Assembly (NCBI GenBank): GCA_951406725.2
Contig: OX597828.1
Coordinates: 66,650,001-66,714,000, forward strand
DNA from: Octopus vulgaris
Taxonomy: Eukaryota
Reading direction: 5' to 3'
DNA: 64,000 bases
Part shown: positions 1-13,126 of the stretch, in pieces
Layout: each line of letters opens with the position of its first letter
Position numbering within the stretch: the first letter of the stretch is position 1
Translations under genes and position numbers: made by a program
Notes under the pieces: model-generated
Database searches by the model: none
What the model saw: the letters and a program-made list of their open reading frames with translations, nothing else
What the model was told of the DNA's origin: nothing

Positions 1-34
1 GTGATTAACAAATTAACATCACTACTGTTTAGAG

Positions 35-743
35 AATGGTTTTCAACCATTTTCTGCATATAGACCCCTTTGATTTCTATTTTGCTCAGGTGGACCTCCA
101 TAGCCATTTATGGTATATATTAAAAAAATCCTACAGTATATTTTTTTATATATATATACGAATCCTACAGTATTTTTATAATTAAATATTATTAGGAATT
201 GTATAATAATTAGAATATTTTGTGTATTGTAAAAATATAACTAATTTATTACTCTTTACTTGTTTCAGTCATTTGATTGTAGCACCGCCTTTAGTCGAGC
301 ACATCGACCCCCAGGACTTATTCTTTGAAAGCCTAGTACTTATTCTATCAGTCTCTTTTGCCAAACCGCTAAGTTACGGGGACGTAAACAAACCAGCATT
401 GGTTGTCAAGTGATGTTGGGGGCACAAACACAGACACATACACATGTGTGTGTGTGTGTGCCCCCAACATCACTTGACAACTGATGCTGGTGTGTTTACG
501 TCCCCGTAACTTATATACATACAACGGGCTTCTTTCAGTTTCCGTCTACCAAATCCACTCACAAGGCTTTGGTCGGCCCGAGGCTATAGTAGAAGATACT
601 TGCCCGAGGTGCCACGCAGTAGGACTGAACCCGGAACCATGTAGTTCGTAAGCAAGCTACTGACCACACAGCCACTCCTACGCCTATATTGCACATAAAT
701 TTTAACAACAAAATCTTATACAGATCCTGGTTGAAAACCACTG
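35..743. mobile_element. hAT (Charlie-like) MITE with nested SINE
   Basis: Ends (A)ATGGTTTTCAACCA...TGGTTGAAAACCACTG; 8-bp TSD GTTTAGAG at 27-34 and 744-751. Confidence 0.75.
249..685 (-). mobile_element. tRNA-derived SINE family A
   Basis: Minus-strand head GGAGTGGCTGTGTGG (A box) and GGGTTCAGTCC (B box), central (TG/TA)n, tail GACTGAAACAAGTAAAG; more than 12 homologous copies in the window. Confidence 0.85.
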
Positions 744-1278
744 GTTTAGAGAAACAATTTCCGCCACAGATAATTATGGTTTATTTAAAATGCATTACCA
801 CAGAAAGGAAGTGAGCTGGCAGAATCGTTAGACCGTTAGGAAGAAAGCTTAGTATTAGGAAGAAAGCTTAGTATTAGACGCAATAGTATAATGGGAAAAA
901 TAACGGCTGACTTTCTTTCAGATTTTAAAATATTTTTAGCTTAATAAAGAAAAAAAGCTTGGTTTCTAAAAAAACTTCCCAGGTGTTGTTTCAATATCAA
1001 ATAAGCCAGGAAATCTATAAGTAGTAGTATATGTATGAAGGAAGGGAAAGCTAAATTTATTTGTAAAGATTAGCTCAAAACATACAAGCATTAATATGGA
1101 TATATTTCACAAGAGTCGCTAGTTGTTCATCTTCATTTTTTTCCCCAATATCTGTCACTCCCATTAAACTTGTAGCCTTCCCAATAGGTAAATATTTTCA
1201 AATGATTTAGATTTTCAACTGATTTTACTGTTATGTTACAGTCTCTATGTGAGCCAATGGTATAGTATTGGTATATAA

Positions 1279-1508
1279 GGTGGTGAGCTGGCAGAAACGT
1301 CAGCATGCCAGCCGAAATTCTTAGCGGTATTTTGTCTGTCTTTACGTTCTGAGTTCAAATTCCGCCGAGGTCGACTTTGCCTTTCATCCTTTCGGGGTCA
1401 ATAAATTAAGTACCAGTTACGCACTGGAGTCGATGTAATCAACTTAATCCAATTGTCCCTTGTTTGTCCCCTCTGTGTTTAGCCCCTTGTGGGTAGTAAA
1501 GAAATAGG
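1279..1508 (+). mobile_element. SINE family B (Meta/MESC-like core)
   Basis: GAGCTGGCAGAA head, GAGTTCAAATTCC B box, core GACTTTGCCTTTCATCCTTTCGGGGTC; flanked by imperfect direct repeat GTAT(A/C)GTATTGGTAT. Superfamily label is from memory. Confidence 0.8.
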
Positions 1509-1584
1509 TATCGTATTGGTATTTATTGGTATATTCTATTTCTTGTTGCTGTTGACAAGATTAAGAAGACCTGTAGAAGGCAGC

Positions 1585-1775
1585 TAGGTGACAGAATCAT
1601 TAGCTATCAGATAAAATGCTTAGCGGCATTTTGACTGGTTTTACATTCCAAGTTCAAATTTCACCATGGTTGACTTTACCTTTCATTCTTTTGGGGTCAA
1701 TTAAATAAGTAGCAGTTGAACACTGGAATCAATGTTATTGACTTATCCCCTCCCCAAATTACTGAAACCAAAATT
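1585..1775 (+). mobile_element. degenerate SINE family B
   Basis: CpG-decayed match to 1279-1508. Confidence 0.6.
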
Positions 1776-1789
1776 AAGACATGTGCATC

Positions 1790-1791
1790 TA

Positions 1792-1860
<69 letters not shown>

Positions 1861-1944
1861 GTGTATATATATGTGTGTGTGTGTGCGTATATATATGCGT
1901 GTGTATGTGTATATGTGTGTGTATGTGTATGTGTGTGTGTGTGT
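1790..1944. repeat. (TG)n/(TA)n compound microsatellite
   Basis: Visible directly; source of the CVCV/YIYI ORFs. Confidence 0.95.
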
Positions 1945-2226
1945 ATCATCATCATCATCGTTTAACGTCCGCTTTCCATGCTAGCATGGGTTGGACGGTT
2001 CAACTGGGGTCTGGCAAGCCCGAAGGCTGCACCAGGCCAGTCAGATCTGGCAGTGTTTCTACAGCTGGATGCCCTTCCTAACGCCAACCACTCCGAGAGT
2101 GTAGTGGGTGATTTTATGTGCCACCGACACAGGTGCCAGACGAGGCTGGCAGACGGCCACGCTTGGATGGTGTTTTTTATGTGCCACCGACACAGGTGCC
2201 AGACGAGGCTGGCTGACGGCCACGCT

Positions 2227-2230
<4 letters not shown>
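1945..2230 (-). mobile_element. RTE LINE 3' end (5'-truncated)
   Basis: Reverse complement of the 3' UTR and (TGA)n tail that follow the RT ORF at 51490-52553. Confidence 0.85.
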
Positions 2231-2279
<49 letters not shown>

Positions 2280-2411
2280 TGTTTGGGTTACATGCCTTTA
2301 GTGTGAGAGGAAATGGATTCAAAACAAAAATGTCAAGGAGAAATTTTTTACTAGTATTCCTTTGCAGTTTCATTGTGCATCCTTTTTTACAATTGACACT
2401 GATGCATGTAA

Positions 2412-2815
2412 AGGTGCAGGTATGGCCATGTGGTAAACAGTTTGCTTCTCAGCCACATGGTTCTGGGTTCAGTACAACAGTGTAGCACCTTGGGCAGTTG
2501 TCTTCTACTATAGCCTTGGGCCAGCCAAAGTCTGGTGAGTGAATTAGGTAGATGAGGACTGAAAGAAGCCCACCATGCACACGTGTGTGTGTGTGTGTGT
2601 GTTTGTGTCTCATTTTGACATCATGTGAGAGTTGTAAAATGATTGTCACTGTCAAATAGGCAATGTCATTCATTCCTAATATTCTGTGAGAACATGTCTA
2701 GCCACGAAAACAGGTGAATGTTGGTGACAGGTAGAGAATCCAGCTGTAGAAAATCTGCCTCAGTAAAATCCATCCAACCCATGCAAACATAGAAAACTGA
2801 ACATTAAAATGATGA
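2412..2815 (+). mobile_element. SINE with family-A head and RTE-derived tail
   Basis: Head TGGCCATGTGG...GGGTTCAG; ends CATCCAACCCATGC...ACATTAAAATGATGA like the RTE 3' end. Confidence 0.7.
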
Positions 2816-2891
2816 CAATGACTATGAGGCAATTCATAGAGCTAAAACAGCTTTAAAGGTCCAGCACAATCCTTTAAAATTTACTCCTTAA

Positions 2892-3111
2892 CCCTTTAGT
2901 GTTCGCATTATTCTGCCAAAATTAATCCTTTTTCATCCACATTGCCTTGAACTATTCAGGCATTATCTTGTAGCGATGAGATTTTGATGAGGTACCTGTA
3001 ATTTTTAAACCAATATTGTAGGGTTGGTGTGAGAGACCAGATCTAGCTAGTTTGACCATGAAACGGGCAGAATACTTTCAGCCGGATATGGCCGGTTTAA
3101 ATGCTAAAGGG
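2892..3111. mobile_element. piggyBac-type MITE
   Basis: TTAA|CCCTTTAG...CTAAAGGG|TTAA; decayed relative at about 45847-46070. Confidence 0.8.
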
Positions 3112-4671
3112 TTAAATAATGGGTTTTGATAGCACACATATACACACACAAGTACTTGAATGTAAGATTATCAGAACATTTCCATAAATTTGTAATGAGC
3201 ACCTTATATTTTCATGTAAAAGAGCATGAGCCAAAAAAGACCTCTACATGGTCATTTAGACTACTAAAAATAACGACTAGATTGTCCTCAAGTTACATCC
3301 CATCATCATCTTAGAAATAGACAAATTGGATAAGGTGGACTGAGATATTCTGGACATAGGGAAAAAATGGGATGCTCACACCTGGAATACCTTTAATAAT
3401 AGGTCTGCTACGTCAAGACTGACCTAAGGCTAAAACAACAACGTGAAAGAACAATAAAGAAAGGTATTTTGTATGTAACTCATGTAATAAATAAATAAAT
3501 CCACTAAAGTATGCCGTTGTCCTTCCCCTCCTCATGATGTCATTGAAGTTATTTATGTGCAACACAAGTTCTTTTAACAGAGCTATCTGCCAGGTTGACT
3601 GACAATGTTTTCAGCAACTGAGAATGCTTAAAAACAGGAGAAAAGAATTATAAATATAAAAAATAAAATAAAAACATCAGAATAATAGCGTGTGTTAGCG
3701 GATGATAAGAATATTTTGTAAAAACAGGAAAAGAAATGATGTAACTTACAAAACACACACATACACACACATATAATTGGTAACTTTTTTAAAAATTGCT
3801 TTATACTTCATAGAGAGACTGATTTCCTGGTGATTTTGCAAAGCTCGGGATTTTACTGGTCCTTATATTTACTCATATATAACATGAAAATTTAACACAG
3901 GACATCGGGTTAAAATTGAAGGATAAGTATTATACTTGAGGGGAAAAGAAAGAAGATAGATATATTAATTTTTAGGTGCAAAATATCCAGGGTAACATTA
4001 TATTCAAGACCATACTGTACTAAGGATATTAACTGGATCAGCTTCTGTACAAGTATTTATTTTTTAAAACCAGAGTTATTAAACAAGTAGGACCTTAATA
4101 GAACCTTAAACCCAAGGGTCATGCATTGGAGCAGCATATTGTTCCAATCACCATTTGTCAGTTTTCCCTACTTAAAGGGATGAATCCAAAATATAGCAAA
4201 GCATCGAGCCAGGAACTTTATTGTGTTCTGGTGTCTCCACCATCCACTGTTGCTTCACTTAGAAAATTGAATAACTCCATGCTGCACAAGGCAGGAAACT
4301 ATTGATTTATAGCGAAAGAAATAGTTAGCTTCAAATCTAAATACACACACGTATGTATGTATGTGTGTATGTATGTATGTAAAAGCATTGTAGTTCACTT
4401 GAAGCATTGTAGTACTGAAGAAGGAAAAGGAAATGGAAAATAGGAAAGTTTCTCACAATGAGAAAAGTTTTACAAAAGCCTTTATATTTCAGGTGCAAAG
4501 TAAAGTAAGCCAATAAAAGATGCGATACTAAGATATATAAAAAGGAAATAAGGTAATATAAAATGAAAATGAAGAAAATATTATAATGGAATTTTTATAT
4601 AAATAGTTATGGTTGCTGTTTCTAGCAAGTTGAGCAACCACTTAAAGGCTCCCTTGTTGACACATTAAAAT

Positions 4672-4779
4672 GTTTACATCATTTAGGTTTCCCAACAGGC
4701 CACTCACACCAGTTGTTCAGCCCAACCTTACTTAACTCCAGCAGTCAACAGTCTTTTCAGCAAAAATATGGCCTTGTAA
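4672..4779 (-). pseudogene. degenerate 5S rRNA-derived sequence (5S pseudogene or SINE3 head)
   Basis: Minus strand GGCCATA...GCTGAAAA...GGAGTTAAGTAAGGTTGGGCTG...TGGGAAACC...TGATGTAAAC is colinear with 5S motifs GGCCATA, GAAGCTAAGCAGGGTCGGGCCTG, TGGGAATACC, TGCTGTAGGC; followed by T4. Confidence 0.5.
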
Positions 4780-6792
4780 CAGGTTTTAATGAAATGTAAA
4801 GCCTGTCAAAAACAAGCTAATTTTGATAAATTTATTACAGTCTATTGTGTATACATATGCAAAAACATACTAGAATACAACGTATGTCTTCTAGACATTC
4901 AGAAATTTTTCAAATAAAACATTTTGTTGCAAAGATAGGTGGTAAAAAAAACAAAAGTCTTAATAGTGCAACACTGCAACAGAAGAAACCTGAATTTGAA
5001 CAAAATATGCATAGTGATACTGTAGTATGGCCATAAGCTAAATGATTTAAAACATAGCAATTATGATTTAGGCCTTATGTAGTCAGAAGTAACTGGAATT
5101 CATCATCTCATGTTCAGAATCTGTTCATGTAACTTACTCCTATGCTATCTTACCTGTGACACTCAATGTTCTTACACCTGACCTAAATGCATCTTCCTTG
5201 GGCTTTTATATCAGAAACAAGGGCCCATCATCCATGTTTACAAAAAAAAAATTTAAGAAATTAACCAAATACTATTTAGCTAAATTAAACAATTTTAAGT
5301 CATTAGTCTGGTAACTAAAATAACGTGTCCTAATTAAACCTGGCTGTTGTTAAGCTATTTTATATTTTATTTTGTTTTTTGTAAATAATGTTTCTGTTTT
5401 GTGATTGCAGTAGACAATAAACGAGCCAACTGTATTGTCAACATGGAAAAATAATTAAGAGAAAGGTAGCTAGAAGTTGGTAAAGTCAATTATGTATAGA
5501 ATGCAATTAAGGGGAAAGGAACAGAAAAGAACTAATTAAGCATTTATTAAGCCAAGAATAGTGTTGCTATTAAATCAGATCAGCCCCTATATAATTGTAT
5601 TGCAAGATCCTTAGCAAAAGTAAATCTAAGGACCTCATAATACATTTTTTTTTTAATTAACCAATGTTTAGATATGAGATTAAATATAAGTTATAAAAGA
5701 AATTTCAAGTTTTGACTTGTCTTGAAGCAATTTTTTTTTCTTTACTTTAATATCAAAATGCATTTATCAAGAAAACCCAAATAAAAGAAAATAGTAATTG
5801 TTTATCTTATTATGTAAGGAAGCAAGCTTAAGTCAAGAAAACAACTGTTATTGTCACCAACAGACTATGCCACTACAAAATGTGCTGGCATGCAGTAATG
5901 CAAACTAATTCTTACTACTACTACTACTACTACTACTGTTGCTGCTTAAATGTATAAATAATTTGCAAGTATATTATTACTTAGCCAAACAAATATATAC
6001 ATACAGACGTACACATACGCATGCATGCATGCACACAGAGGGGGTGATAATGATGATGATGATGATGATGAAAAGAAAATATTAAATTCCTGATGTTTTT
6101 TTTATGCGATTCTATTCAAATGCTTGGATATTGCTCTCAAGCCAATATATATTCACAGACTCAAGTCAGTATAGTTGGTTTGGCAGATACTTATACTTGA
6201 AAGGAAAATTTGTTGTTTTAATATCTACTTATATTAACAGTGATTCCCAGCCTTTTCACTATCAAGGGCCCCTTTTTACTTGAATGAATTTTCCCATGGG
6301 CCCCAGCCTTTTAAAATTAGTCGATTCTTAACTTGCTATTGACTTGTTTTCCCATAGTCACTTCTCAACTGAAAGAAATATTTAACTGAATAATTATAAG
6401 TAACATTTTACACTGCAGCCCCTTTAAATTTTGAATCTTTTGCTCCCCACCTCAAGGGTCTGTGGAACCAAGACTAATAACTAGTGCTCTACAGTGTCGT
6501 TGCTCAGTTTGCTAGAAGTAGCACTACCATATTGCACTACCACCTTAAAATAGGAAAGGACATCTTAGATAAAGTCCTTTATACCCCTAACAACATGGGA
6601 TGGTCAAAGCTGGAATGGATTTGATCATGTAGATCGGTTCAAGTCAGGGTTAAACAACAACTTAACTAAACTGGGTTAATTTTGATTGAGAAAAAATTAA
6701 CAATGGTGAATTATTTGAGAATTTACAAAACAGTCAATGCTACTTTAGCCTGCAGTCTACCAGGCCATTTATACTTTAGCATTAGAGTCTAA

Positions 6793-7059
6793 CATCATCA
6801 TCATCATCATCGTTTAACGTCCATTTTCCATGCTAGTATGGGTTGGACAGTTCGACTGGGGTCTGGGAAGCCAGGAGGCTGCACCAGGCCCAGTCTGATC
6901 TGGCATTGTTTCTACAGCTGGATGCCCTTCCTAACACCAACTACTCCGTGAGTGTAGTGGGTGCTTTTTATGTGCCAGGCAAGGCTGGCAACGGCCATGA
7001 TCGGTTGGTGCTTTTTACTTGCCACCAGTACAGAGGCCAATCGAGGCGGTGCTGGCAAC
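6793..7059 (-). mobile_element. RTE LINE 3' end
   Basis: (CAT)n CGTTTAACGTCC...CATGGGTTGGAC signature. Confidence 0.85.
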
Positions 7060-7117
7060 CTTAACTCTAAACCTAAACCTAATCCCTAACCTAACCTAGA
7101 GCCCAGCTCTAACCCAA
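7060..7117. repeat. degenerate (CCCTAA)n tract inside an old repeat
   Basis: CCTAAA/CCCTAA variants; flanks homologous to 10297-10700. Confidence 0.6.
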
Positions 7118-7976
7118 ATTAAGTCATTTTACAGTATAGACTATGGATACTGTGGTAAACCACTCACCAAAATAGCATCAATTAGTCTGTAGCTTTGTTG
7201 CTCCAAAAGCACTAACTAGGCCATAGTATTTACTAGCCGTAAATAATATGCATGGCAAGGAAAGGGTCACTGGAAATATTGGTCAGTAAAAACATAATTT
7301 TTCTAGGTAAAGCTCATTAATTGCCTAAACCAACCATGTTGAAAAATGACAGAGTATCTATCTGTTTTTTTGGTCAGATTTCAATGTTTCCTCTGTAAAT
7401 ATCTAAATTTACATCATAAGAAGACCATCTATGCTAGGCTAGCAGCAATAATTAATATAAAATACTTCATAAAATGATAATGATGGCACCTGAAAATACT
7501 ATTTGGTTTGATTTTACTGACAAAAGTTTAGAAAATATTTAAAATGCTACACACACACACTAAATGTTTACATTTATTCAGTCACACGATACATCATACA
7601 TACTCGTCATAAGCCAAATCAAAACAATACAATCAAGATTTGCGGCTAGTTTATTTTTTGTTCTCTTCTTAACACCCTCTCCACACAAACAAAAGAAAAT
7701 CAGATGAGCAAACTTTTTTTTCTTCACCAACCTATAACTAACAAAAGTAGAGCATGACTTCTAAAATAGCCAAGCAGCGGTAATGTTAATTCAGGTACAT
7801 GCTTTCAGTTACCTTTTCAGATATGTGGATCAATTCTTATGAACTAATTAATGTCAGTTAATTAGCAAAGCAAATAATTTCATTATTATACTGAATAACT
7901 ATTTTTGTTTGCAAATCAAAGTTTCTTTTGATTTAATGGACTATTTTTATATATAACACATATCTTCTATGTTGTA

Positions 7977-8285
7977 CATTTTTCAGTCACTGGACGAGGC
8001 CATGCTGGGGCACTGCCTTAGTCAAACAAATTGACCACAGTACTTAGTTTTTTTAAAGCCTATTAGTTATTCTATCAGTTTCTTTTCATGAAATACTAAG
8101 TTATATCGAAGTATAACAAACACACACACAATGGGCTTCTTTCAGTTTCCATCAACCAAATTCACTCACAAAACTTTGATTGGCCTGGGACTATAGTAGT
8201 AGACACTTGTCCAAGGTCCCATGTGGTGAAACTGAACCTGGAACCGTGGTGTTTGGAAGCGAACTTCTTATCACAGCCATGCCCA
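7977..8285 (-). mobile_element. SINE family A, decayed
   Basis: Similarity to other family-A copies. Confidence 0.7.
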
Positions 8286-8826
8286 ATAAATTAAAAGCAG
8301 ACTAGTGAAAGGACAAAGACAAACTTTAGCTGGAAAAATAAGTTTTAGAACATATTCCTTTACTTTCGGAAGAAGTACATTACCAAATTTATAGGTCTTA
8401 TAAGACCAAAGGACTGCTTCACTGATACATATGCTTCTTTTTTAATTTTCTATTTCTTGGTTCTGCAATGCGTTATATTGTACTTGTAGGCCAAACACAA
8501 TCTATACAACCACAGCTGATTTACATGTTGGCAATACACACTAAATCAGCTGAGAATGTTCCCGGCCATGTAGATTAGTATCCAGTTGGAGATTTATCGC
8601 TTAGCAATTCCAGAACATGAAATAAGACCTAAAACGCTTGGAGATCCCATGAGAAGACATTTATGATTTTTTAGTTTACAGCAAGCAATTACATAATGAA
8701 CATTTTAATGAACTGGATCAGACTAATGGAATTATCTAGTCAATCTTTATGCTGCCCACCACTTCAAAACAAAATAACAGTGTTAGCTAAATAATAACAA
8801 AAATGAATAATCTATATATATATATA

Positions 8827-9015
8827 TCATCATCATCGTCTAACGTCCGTTTTCCGTGCTAGCACGGGTTGGACGGTTTGACCATGGTCTGGGAAGCCAG
8901 GGGGCTGCACCAGGCTCCAGTCTGGTTTGGCAGTGTTTCTACAGCTGGATGCCTTTCCTAATGCCAACCACTCCGTGAGTGTAGTGGGTGTTTTTTACGT
9001 GCCATCGGCACAGGT
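8827..9015 (-). mobile_element. RTE LINE 3' end
   Basis: Same 3' UTR signature. Confidence 0.8.
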
Positions 9016-9619
9016 AGGTGTCTTTATATATATATACATATATATATATAAAGACACCTATGCTTGTCCCTGCTTTATACTTAGCCTTGGTATAAAGCCA
9101 TTTCCTGCCTCAAATACTCTCTCTTACTTAGAAGTGGGAGCTTTTTATTTTTCCGTTTTCCCTTTCTGTCCTGCAAGTTACTTGGCAACCTCGTAGTGCA
9201 GACAGCATGAAACGAAAAAAGAAAAACACCAAGCACACACTGTACAGTGGTTGGTGTTAGGAAGGGCATCCAGCTGTAGAAACCACACCAAAACCAACAC
9301 TGGAGCTCAGCCTATTCCTGCAACTCACCAGAAAATTTTCAACAGGATGTTTAGAAGTTAACTTTACAGATAGGATGATGCAGGTAACTGAATCTATGTG
9401 AGTTCATGTGACAAAGTATGTTCATGAATGCAAATGTATAACAATGCTTATGTGTCAGAATAAATAAATGTGTTATGTGCACAGAAAGTCATTCATGAAG
9501 ATAACTTCCTGAATTTATCTACACATATTAACAATGGCACATTAACAACAATTGATTGTATCTAATCACGAGAATAGATTTATATCTGTTTAGTTGATAG
9601 ACATCTTTGTCATCAACAT

Positions 9620-10220
9620 AAGCCATGCTTCCCTGGGTGTATAATGTCAGTGTGCACACACAACAGAGTGTAAATGACTTAAGAGGAAAACTGGGTATAA
9701 GAGGCATCATCAGATGTTGTGTGCAAGAGAGAAGGCTGTGCTGGTTTGGTCAAGTGATGTGTACAGATGAGGACAGCTGTGTAAAGACATGACAAGTTCT
9801 AATTGTGAAGGGAACCTGTGGAAGAGGTAAACTCAGGAAGACATGGCATGAAGTGGTGGAAAAGGATCTTCGGATGTTGGGTCTTACTGAGGAAATGACA
9901 AGGAACCAGGAGATGAGGCAATTTGCTGTAGTTGAGAAGACGTGCCAAGCTAAGTAAAATCCTGTCCTCCATACATACAGGTTTGTCCTTTACAGGTGCT
10001 GGTACCACATAAAAAGCACCCATGCCAGTGCTGCATAGATGCATCCATGCCAGTAGCATGTAAAAGGCACCCAGCACACTCTTAAGTGGCTGGCATTAGG
10101 AAGGGCATCTAGCCGTAAAATCCAGGCCACAAAAGACAACTGGAGTCTGGACAGCTCCCCAGTTGTCCAGCTCCGTTCCAAACCGTCCAACCCATGCCAG
10201 CATGGAAAATGGACATTAAA
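9620..10220 (+). mobile_element. RTE LINE ORF C-terminus plus 3' UTR, decayed
   Basis: Translates to CVQERRLCWFGQV...GTCGRGKLRKTWHEVVEKDLRMLGL (RRLRWFGHV-type RTE C-terminus), then 3' UTR and (TGA)n. Confidence 0.85.
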
Positions 10221-10349
10221 CAATGAGTATGATGATGATGAGTCTGACTTTCTATGATTCCGCTGGTAGGATGCATCTACAGAAAAAAAAATGATAGAGC
10301 CACTTTAGCATGCAGACCACCTAGCTATTTACACTTTAGTGTGCTGTCA

Positions 10350-10439
10350 AACCCTAACCTTAAACCTTAGCCCTAAACTCTAACCATAAGCCCTAACCTT
10401 TAACCCCTAAACTTAAGTCCTAACCTCCAACTCCTAACT
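10350..10439. repeat. degenerate (CCCTAA)n tract
   Basis: A dozen or so telomere-like units. Confidence 0.65.
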
Positions 10440-10452
10440 GTATACTTTAGAG

Positions 10453-10652
10453 CAGTGCTTTTCAACTTTTTGCCGGAGCGGAACCCCAAGGAAACATTCC
10501 ACTGGCTCGAGGAACTCCTGTACAATAATTTAATAGTCTTATGCACACCTACCTGCACAGGAGAATTAAAAATTACTGTCGATTTTAGCGTTTTTGTAAC
10601 TTCTTGTGGAACCCCTGGAATGTACTGGTGGAACCCTGGTTGAAAACCACTG
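10453..10652. mobile_element. hAT (Charlie-like) MITE
   Basis: TIRs CAGTGCTTTTCAAC...GTTGAAAACCACTG; TSD CTTTAGAG/CTTTAGAC. Confidence 0.85.
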
Positions 10653-13126
10653 CTTTAGACTATAGATACTGCGGTAGGTGACATGCTAAAGTAACACCAA
10701 AAAGTCAAAGTTTCATTCTCCACTCTTTGTTACTCCTAGTTATCTTTTACAACAAGTTCGACACATTTTCTCCTCCTTTCCTGTAACATCACTGAATTAG
10801 ACTTCCTTCTATATGTAGTATATACATTTGTTTGAATTTTTGCATACCTTTGTCTGTACAGTAGAAGCTGCCTGTTATATAATCACAAACAATATCAACA
10901 AGTAGTTATTGTAATCAAAGTTAGAAGATCCTAAGAGTATTTGCTTAATGTTATCAGCCAGTTATTATCAAAAAGTTTCATCCTCAAGTAACCACAATAA
11001 GTGGCTTCCACTGTACTTAATATGGAGAAACAATTAGAAAAACTTGATCCCCTACCTCTGCTAATACAAAATAATTCCATTCCAATTAAATCCTAACTTG
11101 CCGTGAATCTAGAGCTTGGCTATACATCTCTCCAGTCATAACAGAAAGGTGGTCTCAGTTGAGCTTTCATTAACAAGATACATGTGGTCACTGTAATTAA
11201 TATGGTTTAAAGACAACGTTTGCCAAATACCTCGTCAGTATAATAACAGTGTAGGATCTACTGTGACTGGCAGTGTTCCAAAACCAACTTACAGCCTTTT
11301 TCGTTTGCATTTAAGATGTGACTATCTAGGTCAGCAGTTCTCAACCAGTTATAAAATTTGTGGTGGAGGAGTCCATGCATGCAAAATAGTTAGTTGGTGG
11401 GAGGGATCCACAGTAATATTTTAACCCTTTCATTGGAGGAATTACAACTGTGTTTCGTGGTCTGCTACCACAACAGCTCCTTTATAGGATCCAGTTAGCT
11501 CAAGACATCATCAGGAGGAACCATGTCCGGTTTTGGCCCCTGCTCCTCTACTGTTTTGACGTGGCGCCCCCACTTCCTTTTGGAGGTGTCTTCAGCTCTG
11601 GTGTTGGGTGCATGTCTTCTTTCTTCTGTTCCCTGGCCTCTTCGATGTATCGTCTCAGTGAGTGTCAGCCGGTGACTGACTGACTTGTCAAATTATTCCC
11701 TTTAAATACCTGCCGCTAGGCTCCAGCAGGCAGCCCCATATTTGTTGATAAACAGTGCTTTTGTTTCAACTAATTTTGAAAATAATGAAAAATTTAGTAA
11801 AATGATTTTGTCATTATTAAGTTGATGCTTGGAACATATCTCAACACAAATTTTGAGGGAAAATTTTAATTTAGATAACTGTAAGGGAAATCTCAAGCAG
11901 GTTGATATAAAAAGAATTAAGTGTCCACGAAAAAAAAAATTTGCTTTAGATGTACCAAACTTGCTAGAAATAGCAACCAATTTCTTTTTTATGTCACTCT
12001 AGTGGCTTTTAAAATAAACTTCTTAGATAATGTAATTTGAGATGGACAATCTGATAAAAATAAAGAAGTTGATCAGAAGCTAAACAACAACTGCCTTAAG
12101 CATTAATATTTTTTCTCCTCACAGGATGCCAGCAACAATAGCCTGCCTATTTAAATATATTTCAATCAACAAGTCAGTTTCTACAATAGTTGCAATCAAT
12201 GTAACTAAATCTCAACAGACTTCCTACTACCTCTAAACCATGCTTTTATTTCTAAATCTTTTTAACATCAGACAATAGAAACAAGAAACCCTATATATAG
12301 CTAGATGACTGAGTACACCATAGATCAGTTACCAGGAACTACTTCATAGGTCTACTGACACAGAACTGACAGAGTTTACACAAGCATCTTTGAATTTATT
12401 CTTGATCATAATTTCCAAACAGTCATTTGACAAAAATTTGAGACTAGCTTCAATATGCATGGCTGTTTCAAAGCTTAACAAATAACAAAGAGATATTAAA
12501 AACAAGTAATTTTATGAGAAAGTCATTCTTTTGAAACTTTCTTGAATTAATTGAAACACATAGGCAGTTTATTTGAAGTCTATTTTTATGACATTTTACA
12601 AGAACAGATTTTATTTAGCAGCATTTTGTACCACAATTCAAAAGTAAATCAAAGAAATAATGTGGTGTACATAGTGGAAACAGTTGATATGTTTCACAGG
12701 TTTCAGGAACTGTTTCATTGTTCTGAGTTTGAATTTCTCTATTGGGAATTGATAAAAAAATAAGGAGCTTGAAACTACAACTATAATTATATTGAGATCT
12801 ATTCAATCTTTAACCAGTTTGCTCAATACTTCAAAACAAAACTAAATAACATTGACAATTCTAAATTTATATAAAAAAATAAAGCTTAGAAAATTTTCAA
12901 CAAGATCTCAAGAAGTTAATTGTCGAATAGAGGGAATGTATATGAAGCCTATTTTAAGGCATCAAAAAGGAAGATATCATATTTTTGGATAGCTTTTGGA
13001 TACAAGTTTATATGTTGGTAATTGAATACATGCAAGTTTATGTGAACATTACTCATCCTTATCATCATTATCACCACCATCACTCACCATCATTTAACAT
13101 CCATTTTCCACACTGGCATGGGTTGG

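Noticed and set aside
5080-5140. C/D snoRNA on minus (ATGATGA and two CTGA)
   Set aside because: No proper 5' C box; only 13 nt between ATGATGA and CTGA; no clear rRNA target
12333-12474. Minus exon FETAMHIEASLKF... (also candidates near 3630, 4260, 5152, 15958, 25171, 28974)
   Set aside because: Weak acceptors or in-frame stops and no recognisable protein; could be non-coding exons
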